DNA of 64,000 nt from Felis catus. Taxonomy: Eukaryota. Below the pieces are notes generated by a model, which saw nothing but the letters and a program-made list of their open reading frames with translations, did not search any database and was not told the DNA's origin. Numbering within the stretch: the first letter of the stretch is position 1; each line of letters starts with the position of its first letter. The DNA is taken from positions 115,260,001-115,324,000 of the forward strand of contig NC_058368.1 in NCBI RefSeq assembly GCF_018350175.1. The letters run 5' to 3'. This document shows, piece after piece, positions 49,441 through 61,919 of this stretch. Position numbers and translations under genes: made by a program.

Positions 49441-51994
49441 GGAAAACATAAAGAGTCAGGGAATAGCAGTAACTAGGGAGCGAAGAAAGGAGAAAAAATA
49501 GTTTTTGTGGGCCAAGGCCACATCCATACATTTATGCCTAATGTTTGGCTGGGCTCTTGGGACATAAAGAAGTCCCTGACTTTGGGAGCTGGAAGTCTAA
49601 GGAATCAGGCATTCCTGAAGAAAAATAATCCCAACAAAATGAGCCAGGCGCTATGATACAGTTATAGACAATTTGCTCAGGGTCAGAGGCAAAGGCTTTT
49701 AAGGGAAATGAGACTTCAAGGGTTGTCCAGACAGCAAAGGGACAAATGGATCCTTGTCCCTTTCCCCACCATTGGTGACCAAAAGGATGTGAAGTAGCCC
49801 TTTGTGGGGAAACTGGATAGAACCAACCCAACACAGGCAAAGGCAAAAGTCAAAAGAGCAGTGGCCAGGATGGGCAGTGAAGCTGGCACAGGAGGTTGAG
49901 GCTAGGGCCTGCCTCCCTGGCCTTCCAATAGGTGAGCTGAACCTTAGGAGCTCCTCCTCTTTCCCCTTGTTCCTAGCACCTCTCCACCCCTAGGCCTCGA
50001 GATCTCCTTTTCCCTCCCAACAGCCCTCTTTTGGGGAACAGCCCAGTGATCTGTGGGCAGAGCATGACACCTCCATCATTCCTCCCTCTAGTGACTCATT
50101 CCTAAGACTGGGGGTGGCAGGAAGTGCCAGAGCCCCAGAGCTACAGCCCCATCCGGATTCTGGCAGCTTAGAGACATCCTATCTTTTTCCCCTCCTCCCC
50201 ACTCCCCCGCCACCTCCCTTCCCAGAGCTAGAAGCTCTGACTCTTGACATTTCTGGGTAAGAAACACCCACCTCCCCCAAAACTCTTCTTTCCTTTCCAT
50301 TGCCTCTTCTAGTCCCTCAACTCCAGCCTCTATGGGGCTGCTGGGTTCCCAAGAGAAGCAGGCACAACCCAGACCTAGGTACCCTTTTCTAGTGGAGGTG
50401 GTCAGGCAAGGTTTATATCCCCATGGCCAGGCCTTTGAGGAACAGGGCCTATGCTGTAGAAAATCTTCCAAGCAACACTTAAAACCACAACAAAATTATT
50501 TTATGACATGTTAAGTGCTTCACAAGTTTTGTTTCATTTATTCCTCCCAACAACTAGATGAGAAGATACTATTATCACTGTCATTTGGCAACTGAAAAAA
50601 ATAAGGGAGAAATAATTTAGAAAGTAGCAGAACGGGGATCGAACCCCAGGACTCAGATATTGGGCTCTGAACCACCAGGCTCCTCTGCCTGTTTTGGGAT
50701 GGAGGACAGTGTAGGCCTCTTTGAGCAGAGCCTCTGAGTCTTCTAGGGCAGCACATGCATCCCTGAAACTCTCTGTACAGCTGCCCTGAGGTCCAGAGGG
50801 GCAGAGGGCCTTGACCCCGGCCTCGCTCCTAATTCCCCATGGCTCTTGCCCCACTTTTTACTCCTGAGTGGTGAAAATGTGGTGGGCTACTCAGGATTCT
50901 CATCCCTCTCAAGAGGTTAACTTCCTATTAAACTCCTAGGACAAACATCAATGAGATTCTTGGGTTCCCAGGGGTTACCTAGAAAGAGGGGAAAAAAAGG
51001 AGCATTGCTTATAGGTTCAGGCAGCAGAAGGAGGTTACAGATACCCAAGCATGGGGTCAGTCCAGGCTTGCAGACAGAGCAGACATCTGTCACACCAAAG
51101 AGGCATGGAGATGGCCCACATGACAAGAGAATAATAATACCCTTGAATTATGTAGTGCTTTAACATTTCTCAGGCACTTTACAAAATTTGGTCCTTGAGA
51201 TGACCTCCTAGGACCCAAGGAGGAAAAAAAGCATCTTTTATAAGCTGTCACCACCTATCAAGTTTCCCCCCTAGAGAGGGAAAGGCAGGAGACACACAAG
51301 GCAGTGAGTGAGTTAACCAAACCCAAGCTCCACTGGGTAATTGATAGTTTTTATGGTGTCTTTATCCTCAGACTCCTCAGATATCATATTTCCACTGGAT
51401 TACCACATTTACATAACAGTGCAGGGTGAGAGACCCTGATAAATCTTCTCTGCACGGGGATGAATACAGTGGAAATGTACTTTGTTGACAGCGATTTGTT
51501 TTACTACACTACTGTCCTTCAATTTAGGGAGGAAAGAGCAAGGCTATTGCCCTATGAAGGGAGGGTGGAAAGGAGGGAAAGGAGAAAGGGAGGAAGAGGA
51601 GAGATCTGAAAAGACAGATGAATGAGGGGGAAGACACAGGGAGAAAGGGAGAGCTTTAGGCAAGATGGAAGGAAGGAAAGAAGGAGGGAAGGAAGGACAA
51701 TAGCAATGAGAGCTCACTCTGTACTAGGCACTGTGCTAATCGCTTCCATGGATTAACTCCACTAATCCTCACAGCAACCCAGTGAGAACAGTCTGTTATT
51801 ATCTCCATTGCACAGATGACAACACCCTAGTTGGGGGCAGTCTCCCGACACCCCATTCTGTTACCCCCATTTCATTTTCTTCATAGTATTTGCCACTATC
51901 TCCAATGGGGTTATTAACTCACTTAAGTACTTATTGCCTTGTTCACAGCTCTATCCCCAGTACCTTGAGCAGTTTCTGACCCAAAGAAGATTCT

Positions 51995-52212
51995 CTTTTT
52001 TTGTTTGTTTGTTTAATGTTTATTTATTTATTTTCAGAGAGACAGAGCACAAGCAGGAACAGGGCAGAGAGAGAGGGAGACAGAATCCCAAGCAGTCTCT
52101 GCACTGTCAGCACAGAGCCCAACATAGGGCTCTATCTCACGACCCATGAGATCATGACCTGAGCCGAAATCAAGATTTGGATGCTCAACCAACCAAGCCA
52201 CCCAAGTGGTGC
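51995..52212 (-). mobile_element. CAN-SINE
   Basis: Reverse element ...GAGATCATGACCTGAGCCGAAATCAAG... Confidence 0.9.
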
Positions 52213-54305
52213 ACTCCAAGTAGATTCTTAATAAGAATACTTGTCGTAGGAATGAAGGGATAAGAAGCTCCTGGGGAGTGAGCACCACCCTGCCTCCCAC
52301 ACAGGGTGATGTGATGGCAAAGGTGGACTGAGGGCAGGTACTGGAGGTGCACTCTCTTGCCATACACACGGAGGGAACTGTTATCAGCTGCTGTGTATTT
52401 AGTGAAGAAGAAATGCATTTTCTCCTCCATCCTTTCCAGTTGTTTTCTTTTTTTCTTTTTTAACTTCCCTCAGATGTTCCGCCCCTTTCTGTCCCACAAT
52501 TAATTCGGCATCCACTAATTGTATCCTCCTCACTTTCTGTCTCTTATTCTTTTCTTTTCTTCTTCCCTCTTGCTTCTCTTTCCCATGCTTCTCTTGAGAA
52601 GAGCTCATCCAAATGAATTGAAATTGGTAATTTCAGAGGCCAACTTCTACTGTTGCATGTCCAGTCTTGTCCCAAAGCCTTCTCCCTGCAAAGGGCATTT
52701 TTCTCCATCTATAAAATGGACAGAGTTTTTTTTACAGGGTTTTTGAACCAGTGCTGGTGGGCCTGTGAGGGAAGGGTACCAGAAGCACAGCACTGACCTT
52801 CCTACATCCTTATCCAGACAAGCCTCACCAAAGCCTTGAGGCCACAGGAAGCTATTACCCAACAGAGAGCTATTTCCTGTCCCAGCGTATGTGCTATTTA
52901 ATGTTATTTGCAGTAAATATGAATCGGGAGATAACAAGCCTCGCTTTCCCTCTCTCTTTAGGATCTTGAAAGTTCCTCAATCCATTGAATAACAGCGTCT
53001 GCTGAGGGTATAAATGTCAAGGCCAATGGATAAGTGTAGGAGGACCATGTCACCACAGGGCTTGCAGTGTATCAAAGTGGCTAGGAATATGGGTCCCAAG
53101 ATTCAGACAGCTTCGAGTTTGAAGTCTGGCTTCTCTATGAATACACTACAGGTGGCAATGGTGGAAGTTGGGTGTCAGATGAGTCCTATGGTATTTTCCT
53201 CAAATCAGGCATTCTTGCTAGGCCTACCAGAGCCTCCTGTACCAAATCCTTGTAGCACTTGGCCAGTCGAGGTGGGATTATTTCTTGCAGGAAAGTTCAA
53301 CCCACCAGAGTATGTGCTCCTCAAAGTCAAGAACTCGGTTTTTTCTCTGTATCCCTAGAGCCAGGCCACATGCTGGACATAAAAGAAGGACAATGTCCAG
53401 ACTTTCCTTTTCTTCCAGAAAATGGAAGGTACTTATTTTCTTCCTCAAGGACACTATTCATTGAGACTTTGATATGCTTAACACCTACTGTGTGCTACAT
53501 ACCCTAACTATGTTATCTTCTTTTATCCTCATAATGGCCCTTGAGTTAGGGACTGAGAGCATATGCATTATCTCTCCCCTCGACTATGGAAAGAGGCTCC
53601 TTCTGGAAGAACACTGAGTTCTTCTTCATTTGATACCCAACTTCTGCCCTTCCCATCTGCGGTATATGCATACAGCAGCCAGAGTGATCCTTTTAAAATC
53701 ATGTCACTGTTCTGCTCAGAACCCTTCAATAGCTTCCCATTTCATCAGCATAAAATCCAAATCCTAACTATGTCCTACAAAACCTTACATTACCTCCTTA
53801 ATCCACAGTGCACAAGCTTAATGACCTCATGCCCTACCATTCTTCCCCTTGCTGCCTGACATATTCTCAAACATTGCTGTGTACACTCTTGCCTCAGGCC
53901 CTCCTGGCTGTCCCCTGTGCCTACAAAGCTTTACCTTGATCTCTCCATGGTTTGGCCCCCTGCTTATTTCAAGTTTTGTTCAAATGTCACTGTATAAGGG
54001 AGGCCTTCCATGACTCCCCTGTGGTGATTTTAAAATATGTCCACAAAACCTCTGAGACTCCTCCCTTCAAGAGACAGAACTTCATCCTCCCCAATCCCCT
54101 TGAGTATTGGCTTGCTTTAGTGTCTACTTTCTAAATAATAGAATACGGTAAAAGTAACAGCATGTGACTTGTAAGACAAGGTCATAAAAGGCATTGGGAT
54201 TACCCTAGTCTGGCAATGAGAAACCATCAGGCAAACTCAAATGTGGGGACATTCTACATAATACCCGATCAGTACTCTTCAAAATTGTCAAGATTATGAA
54301 AAACA

Positions 54306-54412
54306 GTGCTTGCTTTGGCAGCACATATACTAAAATTGGAACGATTCAGAGAAGATTAGCACGGCCCCTGCACAAGGATGACACGCAAATTCATGAGGTG
54401 TTCCATGTTTTT
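54306..54412 (+). pseudogene. RNU6: Full-length U6 snRNA retropseudogene (5' part of a U6/L1 chimera)
   Basis: GTGCTTGCTTTGGCAGCACATATACTAAAATTGGAACGATTCAGAGAAGATTAGCACGGCCCCTGCACAAGGATGACACGCAAATTCATGAGGTGTTCCATGTTTTT is 107 nt with about 9 substitutions from vertebrate U6, several at CpG sites. It is fused directly to L1 sequence. Confidence 0.97.
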
Positions 54413-55200
54413 GCCATCAGAGAAATGCAAATCAAAACTACAATGAGATATCACCTCACCCCTGTCAAAACGGCTAAAATCAACAATACAAGAAACAACC
54501 AGTGTTGGCAAGGATGTGGAAAAAAAGGAACACTCCTGCACTGTTAATGAGAATGCAAACAGGGCAGCCACTGTGGAAAACAGTGTGGAAGTTCCTCAGA
54601 AAGTTAAAAATAGATCTACCCTACAATCTGGCAACCTCATGACTTGGTATTTATTTACCCAAAGAAAACAAAAACACTAATTCAAAGGGATACATGCACT
54701 CCTAGGTTTATAGCAGTATTATTTACAATAGCCAAATTATGGAAGCAGCCTAACTGTCCATCGATCGATGAATGGATAAAGAAGATGTGGTGCGTATATA
54801 TGCAATGGAATATTATTCAGGCACAAAAAAGAATGAAATCTTGCCATTTGCAACATTGTGGAGGGAGGTAAAGAGTATTATGCTAAGCAAAAAAGTCAGA
54901 GAAAGACAAATACTGTATGATTTCACTTATATGTGGAACTTAAGAAACAAAACAAATGAGAAAAGGGGAGAAAAGACAGACAAACCGAGAGACAAACTCT
55001 TAACTATAGAGAGCAAACTGATGGTTACTAGGGGGGATGTGGATGGGGGAAATGGGTGAAATAAATGATGGGGATTAGGTGTGCACTTGTGATGAGCACC
55101 AGGTCATGTATGGAAGTGTTGAGCCATTATACTGTACACCTGATACTAATATTACACTGTATGTTAACCAACTGGAATTAAAATAAAAACTTGAAAGAAA
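54413..55200 (+). mobile_element. 5'-truncated carnivore L1 (ORF2 C-terminus + 3' UTR) fused to U6
   Basis: Translates as [17 protein letters not shown]... and PRFIAVLFTIAKLWKQPNCPSIDEWIKKMW (L1 ORF2 C-terminal motifs), with stops and frameshifts. Carnivore-type 3' UTR and A-rich tail follow. Confidence 0.93.
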
Positions 55201-55209
55201 AGATGATGA

Positions 55210-55438
55210 GGGGCACTTGGGTGGCTCAGTCGGTTAAGCGTCCAACTTCAGTTCAGGTCATGATCTCACAGTTCATGAGTCTGAGCCCCGCATTGGGCTC
55301 TGTGCTGACAGCTCCGAGCCTGGAGCCTGCTTCGGATTCCGTGTCTCCCTCTCTCTTTCTGTCCCTCCCCTGCTCGTGCTCTGTCTTTCTCTCTCTCTCT
55401 CTCTCAAAAATAAATAAACATTAAAAAAAATTTTTTTA
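55210..55438 (+). mobile_element. CAN-SINE inserted in the tail/TSD of the U6-L1 chimera
   Basis: TSD AAAGAAAAGATGATGA at 55194-55209 and 55439-55454. Confidence 0.95.
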
Positions 55439-56117
55439 AAAGAAAAGATGATGAAAAAGAAAGAGTAGGAAACTCTTATTGTTGATCAAAGAAGACTAAA
55501 GAAACATACTGACTGAACACAACATAATCTCCTGGACTGGGTACTGGAACACAAAAGACATTAATGGAAAAACAGGTAAAATCTGAATAAAGTATGTAGT
55601 TTAGTTAATAGTAGTGTACCAACATTAATCTCTTGATTTTGAGAAATGTAGCATGGTTATATAAGATTAACATTAGAAGAAGCTGGGCGAAGTATGTACG
55701 GGAACTCTCTGTACTATCTTTGTAGCTTGTCTGTAAATCTAAAGTTATTCCTAAATATTAAGTTTTTTTAAAAAAGACATTGTGTCTTCTCCCTTGTTTT
55801 CTGTCTTAGGAACACACGTGCTGCCATGTCACCAGGATACTCAAACAGCCCCAGGAGGAGGGTGAGCACCTGAAGTGTCCAGCGAACAGCCATTGGAGTG
55901 AACCATCCTGGAACAGAGTCCTCCAGCCCCCTGTTGAGGTTTCAGGTAACTGCAGTCCCATCTGACATTTTGACCGCAGCATCAAGAAAGTCCCATCTAG
56001 GCCACTTCTGAATTCTTGACCCTCAGAAACTGTGAGACAATAATTTATTGCTGTTTTAGGCTTCTGAGCTTTAGAGTAATTTGTTACGCAACAATAGGTA
56101 ACTAATACATCTAGATA

Positions 56118-56341
56118 GGGGCGCCTGGGTGTCTCAGTCGGTTGAGTGTCCGACTTTGGCTTAGGTCATGATCGCATGGTTCGTGGGTTCAAGCCCCACA
56201 TCGAGCTCTGTGTTGACAGCTCACAGCCTGGAGCTTGATTCAGATTCTGTGTCTTCTTCTCTCTCTCGGCCCCTCCCCAGCTCATTCTCTCTCTCTCTCT
56301 CTCTCAAAAACAAATAAGTAAATCTTTAAAAATTAAAAAAA
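56118..56341 (+). mobile_element. CAN-SINE
   Basis: Near-TSD AATACATC(T/C)AGATA. Confidence 0.93.
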
Positions 56342-58759
56342 AATACATCCAGATAGTATACATTTAGATAGGTAACTATCTAAAATAGCCTCCTTCTAGT
56401 CACACTCAACCCTCCTTTCCAACCTCAATTTGCTTTATAGCACTTACTTAGCAGGTGACACCACATTACATGTTTATTTAACTTTTGTCTCTACCCTAGA
56501 ATGTGAGCTGCATGCAAGGGGAAACTTTGTTTAGTTTATATCCCCTGCACCTAGAACTGTGCCTGACACATAGTAAATGTTCGGTAAGGAATACTCGCAG
56601 TTATTATTTTTGGATAACAAGGGGTTAGGTAAAAATCCTTCTCGATCCTCACCCAGAAAAGACAAAAGCAAAAAAAACAAACCCAGCCCCTGTGGGTGGG
56701 GCTGGAGGATGGGGGCCAAAGGGGTTGAGGTTGAGGCAAAGTAGAACTAGGAAATGTGAGCAGAGACAAGTCTGAAACTCTGAGATCTGACGGAGTTCTT
56801 CATCTACTGAGAGACCTTAGACAAGCCTCTTCTTCCCTCTGGGGCTCTGTTTCTCCAAACATAAAATTCGAAAGACTGGGATGACCTGAAAGATCACTAA
56901 GATTTCTTTTAGCTCTAATAGTCAAAGATTCTATGGACTATCCCAGGGTGGGTTGGGAGGAGGTACAGGAGCTCAGTTCTGGAGATGGAGAAATGGAGAA
57001 GGATGAGCTCCTTCCTGGAGCTCACCTCCTGGAAACCTTTTCCCGTGTGATAATCTATTCCTTTGCCAAGGCCCAGCTCCCTACCTCTGCAAAGCCCACA
57101 GGCTGCCAATAATCCATTAGCACAAGTCTTCATAACACATTCCCCACACTGTATTATAACTCGACCTTTGTATCCGGGGGTGTCAGCTCCTAACAGGAGT
57201 AAGTAAGCCGGTGGGCAACACACTCAGGCTTGCAATTCCTGCCTTGGGAACTTAGATCCTAAAGGAAGGAAGGAAAGAGATAACAGGGGAGGAGGCAGAA
57301 GAGCAGGGATATGCAGGTCTGAAACCCCTTAAACCTCTGCCTTTTTTCTCCTCTCCTCCAGTCTTGGCCTCACCACCAAGAGAAGAATGCACATCAGCCT
57401 GCCCACCCCTTTGCCTCACCTAAGTACTAGGTCAAATGCCATTTATTTGAACCATATTAACTTTCCCCTGCTCTTCCCTCCCTGAGCCCCCCACCCTTTC
57501 CCCATAATAAACATACCCTGAGTCCCTTCCTAACATCTGTTCCAGGTATCTGACAGCTTCCTGATATTTAATTTGAAGACAGGTTTGAGGGGCATTTTTT
57601 CTCCCTAACAGCTCATGGAAAGGCTTCAAGAACTTGCTATGTTCTGAGAATCATAGGTGGTGGGATTATGTTTAGGCTGTAAAGTGAGGTTGGGAACAGT
57701 GGGATGAGGCAGGACAGGTAGGCAGGAATAAGCCTTGGTAGAGGATTTTGTCCCATAGGCCATGGAATTCTGAGGAATTCTGCATAGACTGGAACTCACT
57801 GCTCTTCCATTCAGCCCTACTTACTTACATCCCTTCCTATCTCTCTCTGCCCCCAACCCCTGTCCCATTTGTCTCATACCAAAATGTTAACAACACCCAA
57901 GATTTACCGAGAACTCTCACTGTGTAACTTTCCTGTTCACATTACCTCATATCCATCGTTCAGTACTGATGAAGTAGGCATTATCATCCCCACTTCACAA
58001 GTAAGGAAAATGACCCCAGTAAGGGGTTTGCCCTATTGCAAACTAAGGAAGAAGCAGAGCCCAACTGCTCAACCATTACACTGATTGGTCCCTGCTCTCT
58101 ACCTTTTTTCTAATCTCTTCTTTGGGGGAGATGTCTGTAAGAAGGTCTTTGAGGCCTGGAGGCAGAACTGGGAAGCGCGAGTACAGGAACCAGACAATGC
58201 TGGAAGTGGGATCTCTGGGTTCTGATGGGACCTATCTCACCCATCTTTGCTCACCTCTCTGCTTGGCAGGAAGTGTCTCCCATTGTCCCCATTTCCTGAC
58301 TTGACCCACTTGCTTACTCCAGTTCCCACATCCTTTTTCACCTCCTGACATACAGTTTGCCCTTGTCTTTTAGTTTCTAGGTGACACATTTGTTCTGAAA
58401 ATGCCTAGAGGGACCAGGAAACTCTGGAACCTCTGCAGATAATTCAGATGTCTGGAAAGTATGGCTGTACCTACCCTGTCTTCCCCCAACTCTAACAAAA
58501 TGGGTGTGGACTGACCCTGGGTTTCCCAGGCTCTTCAGCAAAGGTTAGCTCCTCTCTACCTCATCTCCCACTACCTACACCTGTGCCCTGTCACAGGCTA
58601 CATATATATAACCCCATGCACTTCCCCAAATATGGCAAATTCTTGAAATCTTTGCATGTGCATTTTCTCTCTTTGGAATGCCAGCATCTTCTCTACTCCA
58701 AGTTTTTCTTCAGGAAAACTCCTAATTATCCTCAAGCTTTGCTCAAACATGATCTCCAG

Positions 58760-59432
58760 ACCCACTGATTTCATCATCACTCAGGCCATCATTTCCTGCC
58801 TGGACTGCTCCCTCACTAGTCTCTAGGATGTCTCCCTGGCCCTACACCATCCAGTGCCCACACTGCGCCCACAGTAACCTTTATAAAATGCAAACATGAT
58901 CTTATCACTTCCCTTCTTAAAATTTTCAAATGGTTTCCCATGCGCTGAAGGTAAAGTCATAACTCAACCTGGTTTGGGTGCTTCTTGCACCCCACTCCCA
59001 CCCACTTCTCTTGCTTCGCATCCTCCAGCCCTACCCACCACCCTACTGGTAATCCAGCCAGATTTCCTGACACTTTTACTCAGGTCCTTGAAACTTGCCT
59101 GTTCTCTCTTGACTACATAATGTTCTCTTGGCTGGAACTCCCTTTCCTTCCTTTTCCCCCAGCTGATTTCTACTCACCCTTGAGGCAGATCTTGGCCTGG
59201 ACTCACTTCACCACAGAGCCTTCCAGAACCCCCCTGATGAATCAAGCTGCCTCTGCTTTCTTGCCCTCACTGCCAATTATTTCCCCTACGACAGCATTTA
59301 TCTGGTCCTTTACTACATATTTGTTTGCTCATGTGTTTCCCACACTCAACTGGGCCCGACCTTATTCCCAGTTAGAATCCAGAGTCTAGTGCCGATAGAC
59401 TTTCCAGAACAATTGTTGAATTGGTGAGTGAA
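58760..59432 (+). mobile_element. L2 fragment
   Basis: CCATCATTTCCTGCCTGGACTGC, CTTTATAAAATGCAAACATGATCTTATCACT, ends TTGTTGAATTGGTGAGTGAA. Confidence 0.65.
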
Positions 59433-61330
59433 CAAAGCCTTCCCTGTCTTCACAGTGCAGACTTAGGCACCCACTGCAGTTTCTGCTACCACCACATCGT
59501 ACATACTATTCTGGATTATGGGTGATTGTTTCTCTGGGTGTTCCTCTCTCTTTATGGATGGGGATGGCACCTTGAATCTACTCCAAGGCCTAAAACAGAG
59601 GTCAGCACTCACCTTCCATCGTCTTCCTCTATTTTTTATTCTTATTTTTAACAAGTTTTTATTGAGTAACTACTACATACTAGATACTTTGGATACAGCA
59701 GTGAACAAGGTAGCCAACACCCTGCCCTTAGGCTCACATTCTAGTGGCATATATGGGTGCCTAGTGAACAGGGGGTTCAGTGGATCTCAGTCCTACTGGG
59801 AAGCCCCTGAGGGCTTTTGTGTCTGCAACTACAAAGCAAGGAGCACAGCCTCAGGGGAAAGAGAATATATTTTCTTGGTGACATCTGGACCTCCCTTTGT
59901 TTAGGTCTCCACGAGACTAGCCATCAAGCAGCAGCAGGAAGTGGGGGGGAGAGAGGAGGATGGAAGATGGTCTTGCAGCCCAGTGCCTACAACCACTTCA
60001 TCCAGGCAACTGGCTTTTTTCTCTACCCTGGAACAGAGAAATAAAGAGATCCACAGAAGGAAAGACATAAATGGATAGAAATGACAGAGGAAAAGGTAAG
60101 GAGAGAAAAAGTCAAACAGAGACATGAGGAGGAAGAGGAGTCAAACACGTGGACAGGGAAGGAGATGAAGGCAGAGATAAAAAAGCCTGCAGGATTGAGC
60201 CCTGCCTGTCTCATTTGGGTCACTGGGGGGAATAAAGAGGATTCAATTTTGAGCTCTTGGGATTCCCTGAATGATCCCTCAAGTTATCTCTGGCCCCATC
60301 TGGCCTAGGAGGCTTCTGCCAGGGACCTACCAGCCTTCAAACCAGAATATACTCCATGCGACCCTCAGGAATAGGGACAGGCAGTGATGGAAAAATACAG
60401 TTGCTCTGGGAACAGCAGTCCCTTATTTTCATCTTTTTCAGTAAAGATCATAGAAAAGACCCTGTGTTCACCATCTGTTTCCTAACTGGGGGCTCCAGGC
60501 TTTGCTCCCTGAGATGTGGGCCTGACAATATCTCAATCTGCAGGCACAGCACAGAAACTCCTCTGAGCTGAGAGCTGGGGAAGCAGCCCCCACCCCCAGG
60601 AGCCCCCAGATGCCAAGCACGAGCCTGAGTTGCTAATAGTGCCCTGCTTTTGCCAGCAGCTTCAGCTGCTCGCTCCTGAGGCTGTGATGCCATCTGCTGC
60701 TCAATTTAGGAAACTGGATGACTCTGTCTGCACAACCAAGGGAGAGCAGGGCAGTTGGGAAGGGGGCCCACCTAGGTCTCAGAAGAGCCATGTCTTTGTC
60801 TCTGGACGGACCCAGTAACAGGCCTCAGTGACAGAGCAATGGTCTGTTCACTGTCACCATTCTCCTTAGACAAGGCAGGATTCCTCTCTTTCACAGGAAG
60901 GTACCTAAGGCTTCTGGAGAGACAAGGAGGTTGGCTCTGCCCTTCATCAAAGTCCAGTGTTGTCTTAAGGTTAAATTGCCCAGAGGGGTCTCAGCCTGCC
61001 TTTGAAGTTCTATAGCTTTCCTCAAAACATTTTGTTTTCTTTGCAGGTTTAAGTAAGATTATTCCAAGTTATATTAATTGGGTGAATGAAATAATGAGGC
61101 CAGGCCTAGAGGAAGTGGGGCTTTGAAGAAATGAGCTTGCTCATGTAGAATCGAAATAAGGCCTTCAGACTCTCAACGGGTTTCTGAAGTTCCTGCCGTG
61201 CGGTACCTTTTCAGGCCTCAACCAGATAGGGTTGTGAGCTCCAGTGTTATAGGGGCCACCTATAATGCCTGGCACCTATTTTTGATATTTCTTGAAGTAA
61301 TGGTTAGCTTGAGATTTCCCGCAAATCAGT

Positions 61331-61833
61331 TGAGGTAGCCAACCTCGGAGGTGATCCCCAATGATCTCCATGTCCTGAGAATCACCCACTTATAATCACC
61401 CTTCCACAAAGTACAAGCATTAATCTATGACCAACAGAATAGGACAGAAGTAATGGTGCGTAATTTCCAAGATTAGATTAAAAAAGACACTGTGGCTCCC
61501 TTCTCTGCGGCTGTTCCTCTCTCCCTCCCCCTCTCTCTGCCTCTTTCCCTCATCACTTATTCTGAAGGAAGCCAGTTGCCTTGTTGCTAACAGCGCTATG
61601 GAGAGGTTCATGCAGTAAAGAACTAAGGCCTTCTGTCAACAGCCACATGAGTGAGATTGGAAGCAGATCCTCTTAGGAAGCCTTCAGATGACTGCAGCCC
61701 TGGCAAACGGCCTGACTGCAAACTCATGAGCGACCCTGAGTCAGTTCAGCTGAGTTATTCCTATTTCCTTACCCTCAGAAACTCAGATAAATGTTCAAAG
61801 TTTGGGGTAATTTGTTATGCAGCAACACAATAA
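61331..61833 (+). mobile_element. MLT1F/G-like LTR
   Basis: CCCCAATGATCTCCATGTCCTG, GAAGCCAGTTGCCTTGTTG, CCTTCAGATGACTGCAGCCCTGGC, TTTGGGGTAATTTGTTATGCAGCAA. Confidence 0.8.
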
Positions 61834-61919
61834 ATCTGTCATATGGTATTATTATTATTATATCATGGTGTATCATCTGCATTATATCACTCCATTTCCT
61901 TATAACATCTAATATGTGG

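Larger units (their letters stand above)
54197..55771 (+). mobile_element. L1MC/MD-type 3' UTR hosting the U6-L1 chimera
   Basis: CATCAGGCAAACTCAAATGTGGGGACATTCTAC (left) continues as ...GGGAACTCTCTGTACTATCTTTG...CTGTAAATCTAAAG (right). Candidate TSD AAAAGGCATTG 54186-54196 / AAAAGACATTG 55772-55782. Confidence 0.75.
54020..56109 (+). mobile_element. MLT1 (MaLR) LTR split by the L1M insertion
   Basis: Starts TGTGGTGATTTTAAAATATGTCCACAAA. Ends TAATTTGTTACGCAACAATAGGTAACTAATACA, the typical MLT1 3' terminus. Confidence 0.8.
53600..56600 (+). mobile_element. L2 element (two arms) flanking the MLT1 insertion
   Basis: Left arm CAGCCAGAGTGATCCTTTTAAAAT...AGGCCTTCCATGAC. Right arm CTAGAATGTGAGCTGCATG...GTGCCTGACACATAGTA. 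Confidence 0.75.

Noticed and set aside
50620..50680. tRNA-like B-box (GGGGATCGAACCCC)
   Set aside because: It is the tRNA-derived head of an antisense MIR with no cloverleaf. The same applies to the CAN-SINE heads.
54306..54412. Functional U6 snRNA gene
   Set aside because: About 9 substitutions, no recognisable PSE/TATA promoter upstream (the flank is L1M sequence), fused to L1 and flanked by a TSD, so it is a retrocopy.
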